64,000 nt of DNA from Minutocellus sp. GHC0000111. Its lineage: Eukaryota. Below, one piece after another: positions 36,466 to 50,100 of this stretch; within the stretch, counting starts at the first letter, position 1, and every line of letters begins with the position of its first letter. The stretch is from contig OZ361258.1 of the NCBI GenBank assembly GCA_977018835.1, positions 4,836,001 through 4,900,000 of the forward strand, in the 5' to 3' direction. The notes below the pieces were generated by a model. It ran no database searches. It was not told the DNA's origin and worked only from the letters and a program-made list of their open reading frames with translations. Both the position numbers and the translations under genes were made by a program.

Positions 36466-36837
36466 ATCTGTATTGCCTGACGATGATCTGGTAGCTCCCC
36501 AACCAGCAATGGTCAATGGCTGGCCATTCGATGGAACGGTGGGGTCGGAATTGAGTAGAATCGGAGACAGGCTACCCCCTGTAGCCGTCTCGTTGTATGC
36601 CCGTGTCGGAAGTTTGATCAGCGCAAAGTCGTACTGTGCCCCGGTGCGATGATCTTTCTCGTAGAGCGGGTGGAGGTACGTCGCCACCTCGCTGCGGTCA
36701 AACTTGAGACTTCCGATATCTTCCCTGTCGGGAAACAAGCCGGTTGCATTCCCTGTGTTGTTGGTCGATGTGGCAGTGTTGTCTGCTCCGCTGTCGGACT
36801 TGCCAACGAATACACCGGCCTGCTCGACGAACTTCAT
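35545..36837 (-). pseudogene. Trypsin-like S1 protease with Pro/Ser/Thr stalk and hydrophobic C-terminus, apparently lacking the N-terminal His segment
   Basis: DFALIKL, GDSGGPL, SFG and PGVYARIS are present. I found no IIGG or TAAHC segment upstream. Contains a poly-Ser (GCT)n tract. Confidence 0.7.
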
Positions 36838-37291
36838 CTCGTCGTAGCTACGCAGGTCGTGTCTTCAGAATAGGTTGGTGATGGAGGAGGGCATCTTGTT
36901 GTTGAGTCAGCAGATCGTGGAATGAATGGCTGCGACAAATCCCAGACATGTCGCAGGTATTGGAGAAAGTTGTGGCTTGGAGCCAGTGGAAAAGTCAGCA
37001 CAGCTGCTATACCAAAGCAACCGCCACAAAGGCGCAGAGAGCAAGCGCAGAGACAACGCGCACAAGCCTCGGGGAAACAAGCCGGAAACAAGCACAGGTG
37101 CATCGCACACACAATTTCAGGCTTCTTTTTGACGTGGAATTCCAAATGATGACAGACAGAAGCTTCAAGCTGTTCTCAACTTTTTTGACACCGCAAAAAG
37201 TCGTTTTGCGCCAAAATTTCCCCGGCTCCTGATTTCTTGCCATGGCCACACATTGCTCTGTTGCCACATACGGCGTAGTTTATCAACAAAA

Positions 37292-40270
37292 ATGGATAGC
37301 TACGGCTTCTTTGACGTGCTTCGTAGTTCGGATACCTCGTCGGTCGTCCCTGTCTTCACCTCCACTTCAGCAGAGAAAACTGGCATATCGTCTGAGACAT
37401 TTGTAGTCGATCCGACGGATGGAACGTCCGAGCTACAGCAATTTAATGGCGATGATGACAACAGTGTCACTCTCCCACCACGAGCTCTTCAGCACGTTAC
37501 CAACCCAGCATTGCTCCCCAATGCACTTTACGGGGTCCATCTATGTCACATACCCACGTTCCTCAGATATACCGAGGCCACCAAACTTCCCGAAAATGCC
37601 ATGGAGGAGGATTATCAACCATTCGTCGAGTTGCCCAAAATGTATGACGCCAGCGTCGGTGTCATGCTGGCCATGCATCATTTTAATAACGGGATTGGTA
37701 CCATTGTGAAAGAAGTTGAGGGGATCAACGAAACATGCGATATACGGCTAACAACCGAGCTTTTCAACACGGAAAGCTCCCATGCCGAGGCAGTCGAACA
37801 CGTCACGTCGCTTCTTGCTCGGACGTCTTCCACCACCAACGAAGCACAAAAGACCCAACCGCCGCCATGTGCCATTTTAGGTTCTACCCATCCGCTAATC
37901 ACGGCGCGAATGGCATCACTTACCGGAGTATTCGATCTGCCCCAAATCAGCCCTCAGGCTTCCCTCTCATTGTTGTCGGACAAGCGCCAGTACCCATTGT
38001 TTGCCCGACCGACGCCAAGCTGCGCCGGAAGTGCCACCATGGCCATCCGCTATTTCACCGAGGTCCTCGGCACTACCCATCTGGGCGTTCTGGTACCCGA
38101 TTGTCCGTATGGGCTGGATTACGAAAAGGCCATCGCCGAGGCAGCTCTGGAAGCGGGGGTTACGGTAAAAGTGGTGTCCATGCCGGCGCATCCCGATACG
38201 GTCGGCCCGGTGGAGCAGGTGCTTGGCCAGCTGAAACGGGCAAAATTGAAACATTTTTTGGCTGTGACATTTGAGTACGACATGGTGATGGAGATGGCGC
38301 ACGAGATGGGTCTGGCGGGCGCCGATGCCGAAGCTTTCTGGCTCTTCACCGAGTTTCGTGAGTTCAAGAAACATAACAAGAGAGAATATCCCACGAACTC
38401 AGCCTTGGCCAACGCCACGCAGGGAGTGGGATTCATCGAACCAACGGAGGGGTTGAGCGGCGAGAACGATGACCATGGTGGCTACAGCAGACTTGTTTCT
38501 GAGTGGAATGGATTGAAGACTGACGACGAGGCCCTGAACTATTTCAACTCGATGCAACCATCTGCACCGACAGGGGCGTCGTCTAACATTGACTTTACCG
38601 AGACCGGCGACAAGTTTGCCCAACAGCCTGATAAGATTGCCTTTTTGAGCTACGATGCCACCATTGGCCTTGGTCTGGCTGCATGCGAAGCTGCAAAGGC
38701 ATCTGACGGAGGCGGCGCGGCGTCACTGTTCTCGGGAGAAGATCATTTGCATTATTATATCAATCGTGACCCCTTTGATGGAGCCAGTGGTGCTGTGAAC
38801 ATCGATCCCACCACGGCAACTCGCGATCCATCGTCGGTAGCGTATATTGTATCAAATGCCGTGCAAACAAGTCACAATGATGACCTATCATTCTTCCAGC
38901 CAAAACCGGCAGTTCGTTTTGACCCTGCATCTCAGATGTGGCGTCCGGTGGTGGACAAGACTGGTGGAAACGTCCCCTTTCTCTACGCAGACGGAAGCAC
39001 CAATTTGCCGCCACAGCTTCCTGGAATGCAAGTCGACTACAACTACATATCACGCGGCATATGCATCACTGGCTCTGTTCTCGCTGTTATAGCAAGTGTG
39101 GCGGCTATTGCTGCGGCGGCAACAACCTTTAAGCTTCGAGAAAACGTGGTGATCCGGGCCGCCCAGCCAGAATTTTTGTATCTGCTATGCGCCGGCTCTC
39201 TCATTCTTGCTTCATCAATAATCCCAGCGGGCATTGATGACTCAGTTGCATCGTTGGAAGGAGCTGGCGTTGCTTGCATGTCCACCGTGTGGCTAGCATC
39301 CAGTGGATTCTGTCTCATATTTGGCGCACTTTGTGCAAAAACACTGCGTGTCAATAAGATCTTCAACAATGGCGGTAGAGTCAAGCGTATCAAGGTCACT
39401 CCGAAGGATGTGGTAGTGCCACTAGCCGGTATCATGACTTGCAACTTCTTAGTACTCGGCCTGTGGACGGGTCTCAGTCCGCTTGAGTATCTAAGAGAGC
39501 CGATTGAGTTTGACGAATATGATAGAATCCTTACTTCAGCGGGAAATGTCAAAGTGACCAAGGTCTCATCTACGGGCTTATTCTTTTGGGGGTGAATGCC
39601 GCTGCTCTTTTCTTTGCTATGTACCAAGCCTATCGAGCGCGGGCGGTGCAAGTGGAGTTTGGTGAAAGTACCTACATTGCATTGATCATTCTCTCTCTCC
39701 TCCAAGCACTCTTTATTGGGACCCCCCTTCTGGTCATGTCCTCGGACAATCCATCGGCTCTCTATTTCATCAAAGCGGCTGTCTTATTTATCACAAGCAT
39801 GGCTGTCCTTTCCCTAATGTTTGTTCCAAAATTGATGCATGTTCGACGTCAGTCGAAGGGGGGACCAAGCAATAAGAGCACCATTAAGTGTTCCGTCGGA
39901 ACTGTGAGGATTAGCGGACTGAATGTTGATGTGAGAAATTCTTTTATTTCTTGTGCTGAGTTAAACATTTTTGTTTACTGGTACGCAATGTCGCACCGGC
40001 AGATTCATAGTGCATTTAATTCTCATTTCATATGGTTTTCATCACCATGTTTTCACATCTGTCATTCGCCGCTGTAAATAGACCAAGGATGTAATGATGG
40101 AGCAACTTCGGCGGCAGCTTCAAACTGCGCAAGAGACAAAATTGATAGCTTGACGACGAGAATGAGCCAAAGCATTCAGACGGACAATCAATCGTCCATG
40201 CTGAGTACTGACTTTGAGATAAATACAAATGCAAGTTCCGGCGTCGGAAGGCCCAGCACTGTAGAGACTA
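37292..40270 (+). pseudogene. Class C (GABA-B-like) GPCR with a periplasmic-binding-type ectodomain and 7TM; frameshifted and interrupted by a transposon
   Basis: DLPQISP, YPLFAR, YDA, FDGASGAV in the ectodomain; IRAAQPEFL, KTLRVNKIF, EFGESTYI, FVPKL in the 7TM. Frameshift near 39545, probable intron 39931-40081, second frameshift near 40135. The last exon is cut at TA 40269-40270. Confidence 0.85.
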
Positions 40271-40846
40271 CGAGGTCGCGGACAGCAGTTTCAGGGACCC
40301 GGTTTTCGGGTCTTTGGGCAAAATCTCATAAAAATCAGCACAAACGCACGCAGCAAGCAGCTGTCGTCCTGTCTTCAAGATGGCGGTGACGGCAGTGCCG
40401 ACGGCATCCGCTTCACGCAAGGGACAAGCGTGGTATCTCCAGAACGGGTTGGTCCTTGACCTTGGACCGACTCGGAGATGTCGATTTCATCTTCCCATGC
40501 CAGCGTCTGGCCGATTCACCCCATCCATCGCCCCTCCCGACTTCTGCCAGTTTTTCCGATGACAACCGGTCACCTCCTCCACCTCCCGACCCCACCACCA
40601 CCTCCCAAATGCATTGATTCAAGTAGCCATATGGTTTGAGCTCCGATATCGGTCTCCATGGTCCCCATGGTGGCGCATCTCATGCGGTCCGGGTGACCCC
40701 GCGCCAAAATCGAGCGGGCCAAAAAAATCATCACCCGCCCGGCGCGCCCGCCACTCAATGAAACCTACCTCATTTCCAACCCACCCGACATACAAACTGT
40801 TGCTCTACTGCCACAAAATACTGCATCCAACACCATATTAATCCAA

Positions 40847-43754
40847 ATGGCTGTTGCTACTGCTGACACCGCAGCTGATGCGCCAGCATGTCGCCGCTCC
40901 CGTCGGTCCGGCAGCTCCATCCCATGCTTTGATTATTTTGTCCATCGGAGCGGCACCATCGATGCCTCTACGATTCGTGGCAAGTCTCCTGGGATGATCC
41001 AGACCATAGCAAACCGGGCATGGGCGGGCCTCTCACTTCAGAAACAGCAGGATGTTATGGAGCAAGCCCGAGAGGAGGAGCTGTGCTGTCCGAGCCAGAC
41101 CGGTCCTGATCCGGCACAAGATGTGCCGATTTCTCAAATTCAAATTGCTCGGCGCAACTCGTCATCCAATAACGCCGATGCCAGCCCTGAGCCGACGGTC
41201 GAGGACAATGCTGGTATCGCTGCTCGTCCTGGTGATGATAACATCGAAGCTGGGGGCATCGCCGAGTCCATTGTGGTGGATGGAAGCGGCAACAGTGAAG
41301 AATCTGGCAATCCTGCCAGTGTCGGTGTTTCTGCTACCGGCACCGCCAATTCTGGTGGATCGACCGAGGAGAATTTGGATGTGCTGCTGGTTGAGGCCGA
41401 AGCGCAACACAAAGCTGCAGAGGAGGCTTTGAAAGGGCTAAGGGATGCCTTGAAACGAGAAAAGCGGAAGGATGAAAAGGCCATGGTCGATGCCGAGAAG
41501 AAAAGGAACAAAATGAAGGAGGCGATGCGTCATTTGGAGCAGAGGGCACAAATGCGTGAACATCTTCGGTCGCACAGGATGCCGACGGATGCACCACCCG
41601 AACGCAAGAAAGCAATGAGAATGGAAGATAACATGCGACCTGCCATCAGCACTGGGGAACATGTCCTTGTGTCTGCCGACTTCAGTCCCAACATGAATCG
41701 GCCTGAGGGCAAGGGATTTGTTATGGTCAGTCGAGGTGTCGGTGGAGGTGCTCTTTGCGATGTCCAGCATGAGAAGCCTTTTGGTGGCATGATGCATAAG
41801 AATGTGCCTCTCAAGGCCATCACCCCGATCCCACTCGGCCTCAATACCGATTCAATTGCCAAGGACAGGCGCAAACGGACAGTAGCTGCTCAGGCGGGGA
41901 TGGACAGTGTTGACAGCGCCGGTGCCAATAAGCGTGCAAAGAGCGATGGCAGTCCGATGGAGACTCTTGTCGGAAAGCTTTTGCATGGCATGCGACACAG
42001 GAAGAAGGAGGCGAATCGAGCAACCAAAGGCAAGAAGGGATTGAACGACGAGGACAAGAGCATGCTTTTTGCCCAGGGATTGCTTCTGGAAGTGCATTTG
42101 AAGAGCACCGGAGGGACGCAGCACTCAAGTAGGAACAGTTCATCGCAGAAGTTTCAGTCGGATGGGAGGGTCACTATTCGTGAGCTCTGCAGAGCGTGGG
42201 GGGAGGGCAAGAATGGGCTGCGAGACATCCAGAAGGAGTCTCGGAAGAATGCCATTGCCCGGGGCATGCCAGCAGATCAGGCCGAGCTTGCATTTGTCAC
42301 CCCCGCTCCCAAGGATTCGTCGGTTCGGCCAAAGTCTACCATTGACAATTACAAGACGGCTGAGCAGTACTTTACTGCTAAGCGCCTGCATGCAATCAAT
42401 AAGTGCAGAGAGGCAAAGGAAGACTGCTATGATTCTGTATCGAAGGAGGCTGACAATGAGTTGCTCAAAACGTACCTGACCGAGTGCGACACCATCAGCG
42501 ACGATGACAAGCAGCTGTGGGAGCTGAAGAGGCGGGAGCACTTGGCAAGGCAGCCGTGCATACAGAACGACATTGTTGCGGCCCTTTCCAGCAATCCTCA
42601 GCGATCGTTCCGTGGTTTGGAGCAGGACATTGGTCTGTGGTGCTCGCACAAGACGATTGAGCGGTGGCTCAAGTCATTCGACACCTTCACTTTCTACAAG
42701 GAGCGGCTGGTACCGCGCCTGTCGGAGGCTCAAAAAGCTAAGCATCTGGCCTTTGCTCAGCTCGTGCGGAATTTCTGGAACATTCGGGATGATAACGGCA
42801 ATTTACCGAATGGAAAGAAGCGAGTTCTCCTCGTGCATTACGATGAGAAATGGTTCTGGGGTCTCGTCCTCCGAGCTTTTGCGAAGGCTTGCGAGGAAAT
42901 CGGCGTGAAAAAGCGAGATTACGCGGCCTTTCACAGGAGCCACATCAACAAGGTCATGGCCATTGCATTTGTTGCCGCTGTCTTTGACGGTTCTCTTGAG
43001 AGTGGGTGCGAGGTTGTAAAACTGCCACTGGTACGAGCTCAAGCTCCTAAAATAGCGGAGCGAGCTCAGTGCGAAGCAGCATCACAGCCTGATGGTTCAA
43101 TACGGTACCCAAATACCAACCCCGATGGGACACCAAAGGAACCTCTTCGCCGGAAAGGAGAGTCGTTTCTTGTTGATTGTTGCGTTACTGGATCGAACGA
43201 AGGCACCAAAAAGGATCCGAAATGCTCTTTGCTCCTCGTATTCAAGGAGACTATTTTCCCAGCGATTCTCAACCTTGTCGGTCCGGGCAAGCAATACGAA
43301 GATTGCCATGTTATTATCCAGGGCGACCAGGCCGGGCCTCACGAGGACGGAACCTTCACGCAATTTGTTACTAACTTCTGTGCTGAATAAGGCTGGACGT
43401 GGCAGCCACAGGCACCGCAGATGCCTCACGCCAACGTCCTTGACTTGAGCGTGTTCCCCGCGATGAGCCGGCGGCACTCGGAATGGGCACGAAAAATGGT
43501 AGGCACTAACCCTAACCCTAACCGACCAGATCTGGGACACTGCCGAGGACGTTTACGATAGCATGCCTAACTGCAAAATTGCTTCGGCCTTCATTCAGTA
43601 CTGGAGGATAATGGGCCTGGTGATTAAGGCCGGTGGTAGCGATGAGTTTGTTGGAAGGTTGGGTGACGAAAACTTGCACACTGGAATTAGGATCGACTTC
43701 AACGAAACGGCCAAGGGGATGGAGCCCTCAGCTCGTCATCCTTCTAATAAATAG
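40847..43754 (+). pseudogene. Mariner-like DDD transposase with long N-terminal extension (copy A); TAA at 43388-43390 and frameshift at about 43506-43523
   Basis: HYDEKWF, QGDQAGPH, and after the TAA, WQPQAPQMPHANVLDLSVF (compare plant-mariner QPPNSPDxNxLDL). There are 38 residues between the second and third Asp. An HTH-like SFRGLEQDIGLWCSHKTIERWL precedes the core. Confidence 0.87.
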
Positions 43755-43849
43755 ATAGTATTAATATCTTTACACATGTATTAAATAAATGTTACACGTC
43801 TACAAATTATTTATAGATCTACATGTAAGATGCAGCAGCATTGGTTTGT

Positions 43850-44986
43850 TTATATCACGGTGGGCTTCTTTGTTCTTCTATTTCTACCGGTATTCTTTTT
43901 TGCCTCCTTGGCCTTCTTATGATCATTAGAAAGCCACACAGCGTGGAGGGACTGACGAATCTTTCCGCGCTTCACACCATATGCATCGGCAAGTTTATTG
44001 TCAGTGAGGGCAGGGTGAGCAGTTGGTTGTTTACTCCCATCCTCATATCCCAACTTATATGCATCTAATGCAATCTTGTCAGTAGATAATGCAATAGAGA
44101 ATTCTATTGTCTTGTTATCATACAATCCGAGTTATCTGCTTCTCCACCCTTTCGGGTAGGCACCACGACCCTCTCTTACTTGGCGATCGACTTCGATCAT
44201 GCCTAGCACTGTGGTGACCGCGACCTCGCTACCCCAACCAGGAACTTGTTTGAAGGGGAGGTAGACCCCTTTCTCTTTTCTTCTTGGTTCGGGCCTCTGA
44301 CTACATGTGGGTGACTTGTAGTTCTTTATATCTTGTGGTAGTGGTGCTTCTCCGTACGTCAAAAAGCACGCAAGCCTCCGATGTTCCTCAACCTCTCGTT
44401 CAATCTGTCGTTCGGTTGGTTCGGTTGGAGGCAAGGGCTCCAAGATGGTAGGGGATGACAATTGAAGGTTGCTGAACGACGGGCATGAGCGGCTTGGGGT
44501 AAGAGCATACTGAGTATGAACTGACATTGGACTTGTTACCATGGGCGTGGCGGAGGGAAGGTCGAATGAGCTCACGGGCTTTCTCCTCTCGCCGCTTGGC
44601 TTTGCGTCGGCGGTTGCTATGCTCATCTCTGAGAATGAATCATCTTCATCAGAATGAGATGAAACGGTAGCGGTACCGCGAAAGTCGGCACGCAATATGT
44701 CATGATGCAAGTACTTCCTTGCTTGGGCTTGTTCGGCGGCGAAGCCATCCTCTTCGTTGTACTCGCGTCGATATTTCAACACACGAGGAGATGTGAGGTC
44801 TGACGATGCCGGTGGGACCCCTTGGTTGTCCTCCTCGTCATCGTTGTCCTTGTTCTCTCGATACCGCGGATGTTCCGGCGTTTCGTTGGAAGTTTCCTTC
44901 TCATGGCGCGAGGGGCTGAATGCAGTCGCCTCGGCGCGTTTCGGTGGACGCGGTGGACTGAAGATGTGTCCCTTTGGAGTATCCAT
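43850..44986 (-). pseudogene. Transposon ORF2 (unknown, disordered N-terminal half), convergent with the transposase; in-frame TAA at 44132-44134 (copy A)
   Basis: MDTPKG...GWRSR*LGLYDNKTIEF...KPTVI. ORFs 44132-45301 and 43850-44125 are in the same frame. Confidence 0.6.
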
Positions 44987-45188
44987 GAGTATGGAAGCTT
45001 CTTGAAGCGCCAGTCGGCAGAAGTTGCCCAGTCTATTTGTGGTAATTGCTTGGAGGTCGGTTGTTGACGGATGTGTTTTGATTTGCTTGCTTTGCCGCGT
45101 GTTTTTCAAGGTGCGCGCGAACCGCCGTGTCGGAAAGTCCAAAGACCCAAAAAACCGGGTCCCCGAAATTGCTGTCCCGGACCTCGTA

Positions 45189-46991
45189 TCGAACAACAAC
45201 GGCGCAGACTCGGTCGAAGGCCCAGAGGCCGACGAGCAAGGCCCGTTCGACTTCGGCTTCGGTAACGGCGAACCGAATGCCGGACCACCGGAACCTCCCA
45301 TCGATCAACAGCCCAAATTCTCCGAAGAGGACGAACGGCAAGAATTTTCGGAGCTGACTAGTGTCGAGCTGCTCAAGATTATTCAGCGCGACCTTCGGCG
45401 TGGAGCAGATTACTGATGGTTTGTCCAACGTTTGCATGGGCCACGGTAAAGGTGGCGAATCGCTTGCAAATAAGGAAGCTCGCAAACGTCCGAAAATTAC
45501 TTCGCTCTGGGATCACCTCGATACGCCGAAGGACTCGTTGCCGCAGAGAAAGCTTAGGCCAGCTGAAAGTTTGCTCCTCAAGTTCCTCGATGAAGAACTA
45601 CTCAAGCTACCCGTGGAAGATACCGACATTTACTACGAGGCTTTGATCAAATGTCCTGAAGAAATAAGCCCAGATCGTCGGCTGGCCTTTCTCAACTATG
45701 AAGATGGCAACCCTGCCCGGGCGGCGAAACGGTTGGCCAACTACTGGGACTTTCGTCATGAAGTATTTGGACCATCTCGTTGTTTCCTCCCCATGACGCT
45801 GGCAGGCGCGATGCAAGACGAGGTGCTGCCCATGTCCCAGATGCGCGTCGCCCAACTTTTGCCAACAACGGACGAGGCAGGTCGATCAATAATTTACTTC
45901 TCGCATGGGAATAGGGACTGGTCGAGGTACCGCCTGAAGCAAGAGTATATGACTATCATTTATCAGATTGAACTTCTCATGCGTATAGAAGAGATCAGGA
46001 AAAAAGGATTCATCTTTCTCTTTGACTGCCGGAACTCCAATAAAAAGCATTAATCTATGACCTCCGCTAAATACATCAGACGGTTTGAAGACTCGTTTCT
46101 CATCACTATGCGCGCAAATCACATGTGCCATCCGACCAGTATCTTTCATTATGTTGTGCTTCCCGTTGTCAAAGTGTTCCTTCCTAGACGCATTCGGTTG
46201 CGTACTAAGACACACTACGGAACTATGGAGGGCGTCGTCAATAGTTTGGCGAACTACAACCTGCCGGCGGACTGCATTCCGGAAGTGCTCGGTGGCAGAC
46301 TTACTGTCGATACAGCCCAATTTATGGTGCAAAAGGCTTGAGAAGGAGATGAATCCAATGAAGGCAGAGGGCAATGCCAATGTTCCAACTAATGAGAAGG
46401 CAGAGCCAGATGATGATTTAAAGCCTGCCGCCGCAATATCACAGGATTCAGTTGGGGTCAGTGAACGTAAAATATCTACAAAAAAGCAAAAAAAAGAAGA
46501 AAAGGCCTTACAATGCAAAGAATTCTGGTGACCCTCCCATGTCCAAGGCAATAAAGGCCAAGATTGACAATCCGGACATGTCTCTCTACGAAGCATTGTT
46601 GGTTGGAGGGTTCTCTTTTGCCCAAAGACAAGGGACGAAAGACATAGATGTAAGGGATTCCGATGGCATATCCTCGAAACAGGTGAGTTTGAGTATTACA
46701 GTATATAACGTGATTGATAGAGTTGCAAGAAATGGTTTTTTCTTTCGTCTCTTCTCACATACTTTACAAACAAATTGCGATATTTCGATGCCAAAAAAAA
46801 ACTTTCAGCGGAAAAACAGCCTTTGTCGGCGTCTAAGGTTTGAGAAAGAGAAGAATGGCAAAGCAGAAGAAAAGGGAGTTCCCTCGACAAATGGTTCCAA
46901 CGGCACTGGAGGAAAACATCGTGGAAGCAGTTCCGGAGATCTGGACGAAATTCTTGATATTGAGCTAGATAGATTTGACGCGTACGAGTAG
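45189..46991 (+). pseudogene. CRAL-TRIO/Sec14-like protein, copy A (start codon deleted)
   Basis: Same sequence as copy B but fused to the transposon end at codon 3. Confidence 0.75.
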
Positions 46992-47117
46992 AATCATGCT
47001 GCCGTTTCTAGCTAGACTCCTACTTAGCTATGGAGACATGGCATGATCAGATGATTTCAAATTGGGATTCTATTTTTAAGTTACATAACGCAATTGCATG
47101 GTTTTGCCAAAAAAAAA

Positions 47118-50100
47118 CTAATAACTTCCCTTCGGAACAAATGCATCAATAGTCTTTTCGCTCTCGGAAGTTCCGGGCATGTCTAGGTCAAAATATTCAT
47201 TGCTTTTGAGATTTTCTGCACGGGCCGCCATTACGGCGTCCTTGATGGCAAAGAAGACCGTGGCGCCCAAGAAGAATGGAGGTTCACCGATGGCCTTGCT
47301 ACTGTGGACGGCGAAGGGGTTGTCCACGTCCTTCATGAGGGAGACGTTGAAAGATTCGGAGACATCATTGAAAGCTGGAATCTTGTAGGTACCGGGGCCT
47401 GAAGTGAAGACCTTCCCAGTTGGGCGGATCCATGTGTGGTCCTCGTCGGCAAAGACCACCTCCTCCATCGTGCTCCAACCCATGCCTTGGATGAAAGCGC
47501 CCTCGATCTGGCCAATGTCAATGACCGGATTGATGGAAGACCCTACATCGACCACGACATCAGACGCAATGACGCGATGGTTTCCTGACAGAACATCAAC
47601 TTCAACCTCGGAGCCCGCAACGCCCTGAGTAAAATAGTTGAAGGGCTGACCCTTGCAAGAGTTAGTCGGGGCATCAGCGGGATAGTCGGCTGGCTTATCT
47701 TTCTTGAAATCGTAGCCACAGCGCTTGTCCATCAAGGTAAAGAATCCTTGGGCGGAGAGATTTACCCGGTCCCAATGCGCGGCCTGTGCGATGGCGCTAA
47801 ATTTTGCTTCTTTGCCAAGCTTCTCACGGTATGGCTCGAGACGCTTGATGATCTGACTGCATGCATCAAATGTTGCCATGCCGTACATATCGGTCGACAT
47901 TGATGCAGCAGTGGGAATGGTATTGGCTACCTTGTCTGTACTCGTATCGTTGATGTAGACATCCTCGAGAGGGATTCCGAATGCCTGGGCAGCGACCTGG
48001 CACACCTTGGTATGTAAGCCTTGTCCCATTTCCGTTCCACCGTGGCTCACCAAAACAGTACCATCCGTGTATACATGGACAAGAGCCCCTACCTGGTTCA
48101 TGGACTTTTCAGTGAAAGCAATGCCGAACTTGGTAGGGACGAATGCAAGACCTCTCTTCTTCCATTTGTTTGCAGAGTTGAACTTTTCTATTGCTTGGCG
48201 CCTTGCGATGATATTCAGCTCGGCCTGGAGATCACCCCACATCTTTGGCACATTCCATTTGAGCCCATTGCCTAAGATAGTGCCAAAGGGAGTACTCTGA
48301 GTGGCATCGTACATGTTTGTACGCCGAAGGGTATCGATAGGGACATTACAGGCAAATGCTAGGTGTTCCATCACATGCTCGCAAGCAGCGATTCCTTGCG
48401 GACCACCAAATCCACGAAAGGCCGTATGAGGAGGCTGTGCCGTCTTGCAAACCCGGCCGATGGCACGGAAATGCGGCCATTCATAGCAGCCATCGATGTG
48501 AAATAGGGCTCGGCACATGACGGGACCTGAGAGGTCAAAAGCACTCCCACCGTTATTGTATAGCTGCACATCGAGCGCTTCTAGACGTGCTTTGCCGTCA
48601 GCATCGATACGGGCAGCAGCACGGTAGGTAGTTGTGAAGGCATGGCGTCCACCAGTAATGGACATGTCAACGTCGCGGCTGAGAGTGAGCCTCACAGGGC
48701 GATTGCTGATCTTGGCGGCAACAGCGGCGGCGCAGGCAGAGAAAGCGCTGCGAGTCTCTTTACCACAAAAACCACCACCCATCCGCTTCATTCGCACAAC
48801 AACCTTGCTCGCCGGTGTATTTGTTGCGGATGCGCAGTATCCTTGTGTCTTTGTGGGTGCTTGAGTTGAAGAGTAGATGGTAAGGTTGGTTGCAGATTCA
48901 GATGGGACGGCAAGCGTTGCATTAGTCTCGAGGTAGAAATGTTCTTGCCCTCCAGAGCGGAATGTGCCCGACACGGTAACAAGCTTATCGCCGTTATCGG
49001 CTTTTTCGGCTTGAGCGAAAGCATCATCAACAGATCCACGCTCAATGGTTTCGGTGGCGAAGTTATAGAAGCTGTTGGCTTTGATAGCCTGCAGCATAAA
49101 CGAAAAAGTAAGAGATGAGTTGAGCATGAGAGATTATCGGCAAGAAAAGAAACAGAGCTACTGGCGATGCCAACACAGTCAATGAAATTACAAACCGTAC
49201 CTGATCGATAGTTACCACCGCATCGTTGTTTGATTCCCCGTACTGCACAGCAACACTCTTTGCCCCAAGCTCAGCAATCTCGAGGCTTTCGGCAACACAA
49301 ATTCCAATGGGCTGGCCAACAAAGACAGCCTTTTGTCCAACAGGCAAGAAGCAGAACTCATCCTTTGTAATGGGGCCAAGGATATTGTTGCCACCAATCG
49401 TTTCCAAATCTTCATAAGTGTAGACTGCCTCGACACCGGGGATCGATGTGGCCGGGGTCACATCAATACTCAACATCTCCACATCACATTGAGTCGTAAG
49501 GACGAGTTGAGCGTGAAGAGTGGAAGGCGGCAAGGGGATATCATCGACGTAGAGCGCTTCACCGGTGCAATGCAAAGGACCCGATGCGTGCGGCTTAGCT
49601 TTACCAACTTCATCGGTGTCAGTAGCATGCTTGGTGACAGTTTCCTTGGGAGGCTCGGCATCCTTATGGCGTCCTTCGAGACCGGTGGCCACTTTCGGAG
49701 CTGGATATTTCTGAGTTCCGCCAATACTCGGTTTCGGGCCAGAGACAAATGATACAGCACCACTCTTTTCTTCCTCAGCAACAACCGGCGCTGCGGGGAG
49801 CGACTTGCCTGAACGGCCAATGTCCGCTTCGAGTTCGCCAACACAATGCAAATAGAATTGGTACAGATAGGATGAGGCCAACGCCCGGCGATACTCAACT
49901 TGACCACCTGGAACATCTTCGGGCAGGAAAAGTTCATCCATGAGAATTTGAGACGCAGCGCGAAACGTATCAGCAGCGAAAGGTTTTCCAATCAACGATG
50001 CCGCCGCCTTAGTTGCCATCACCGTGGTCGGTGCCATCCCGCCAAAGGCCATCGAAGCCTCCTTGACGATGTATCCGTCGCCCTCCGGTGCCATCAGCAT

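Larger units (their letters stand above)
40271..45186 (+). mobile_element. 4916-bp Tc1/mariner-superfamily DNA transposon, copy A
   Basis: Imperfect ~48-bp TIRs (CGAGGTCGCGGACAGCAGTTTCAGGGACCCGGTTTT... / ...AAAACCGGGTCCCCGAAATTGCTGTCCCGGACCTCG), TA on both sides, and a DDD transposase inside. Confidence 0.93.
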
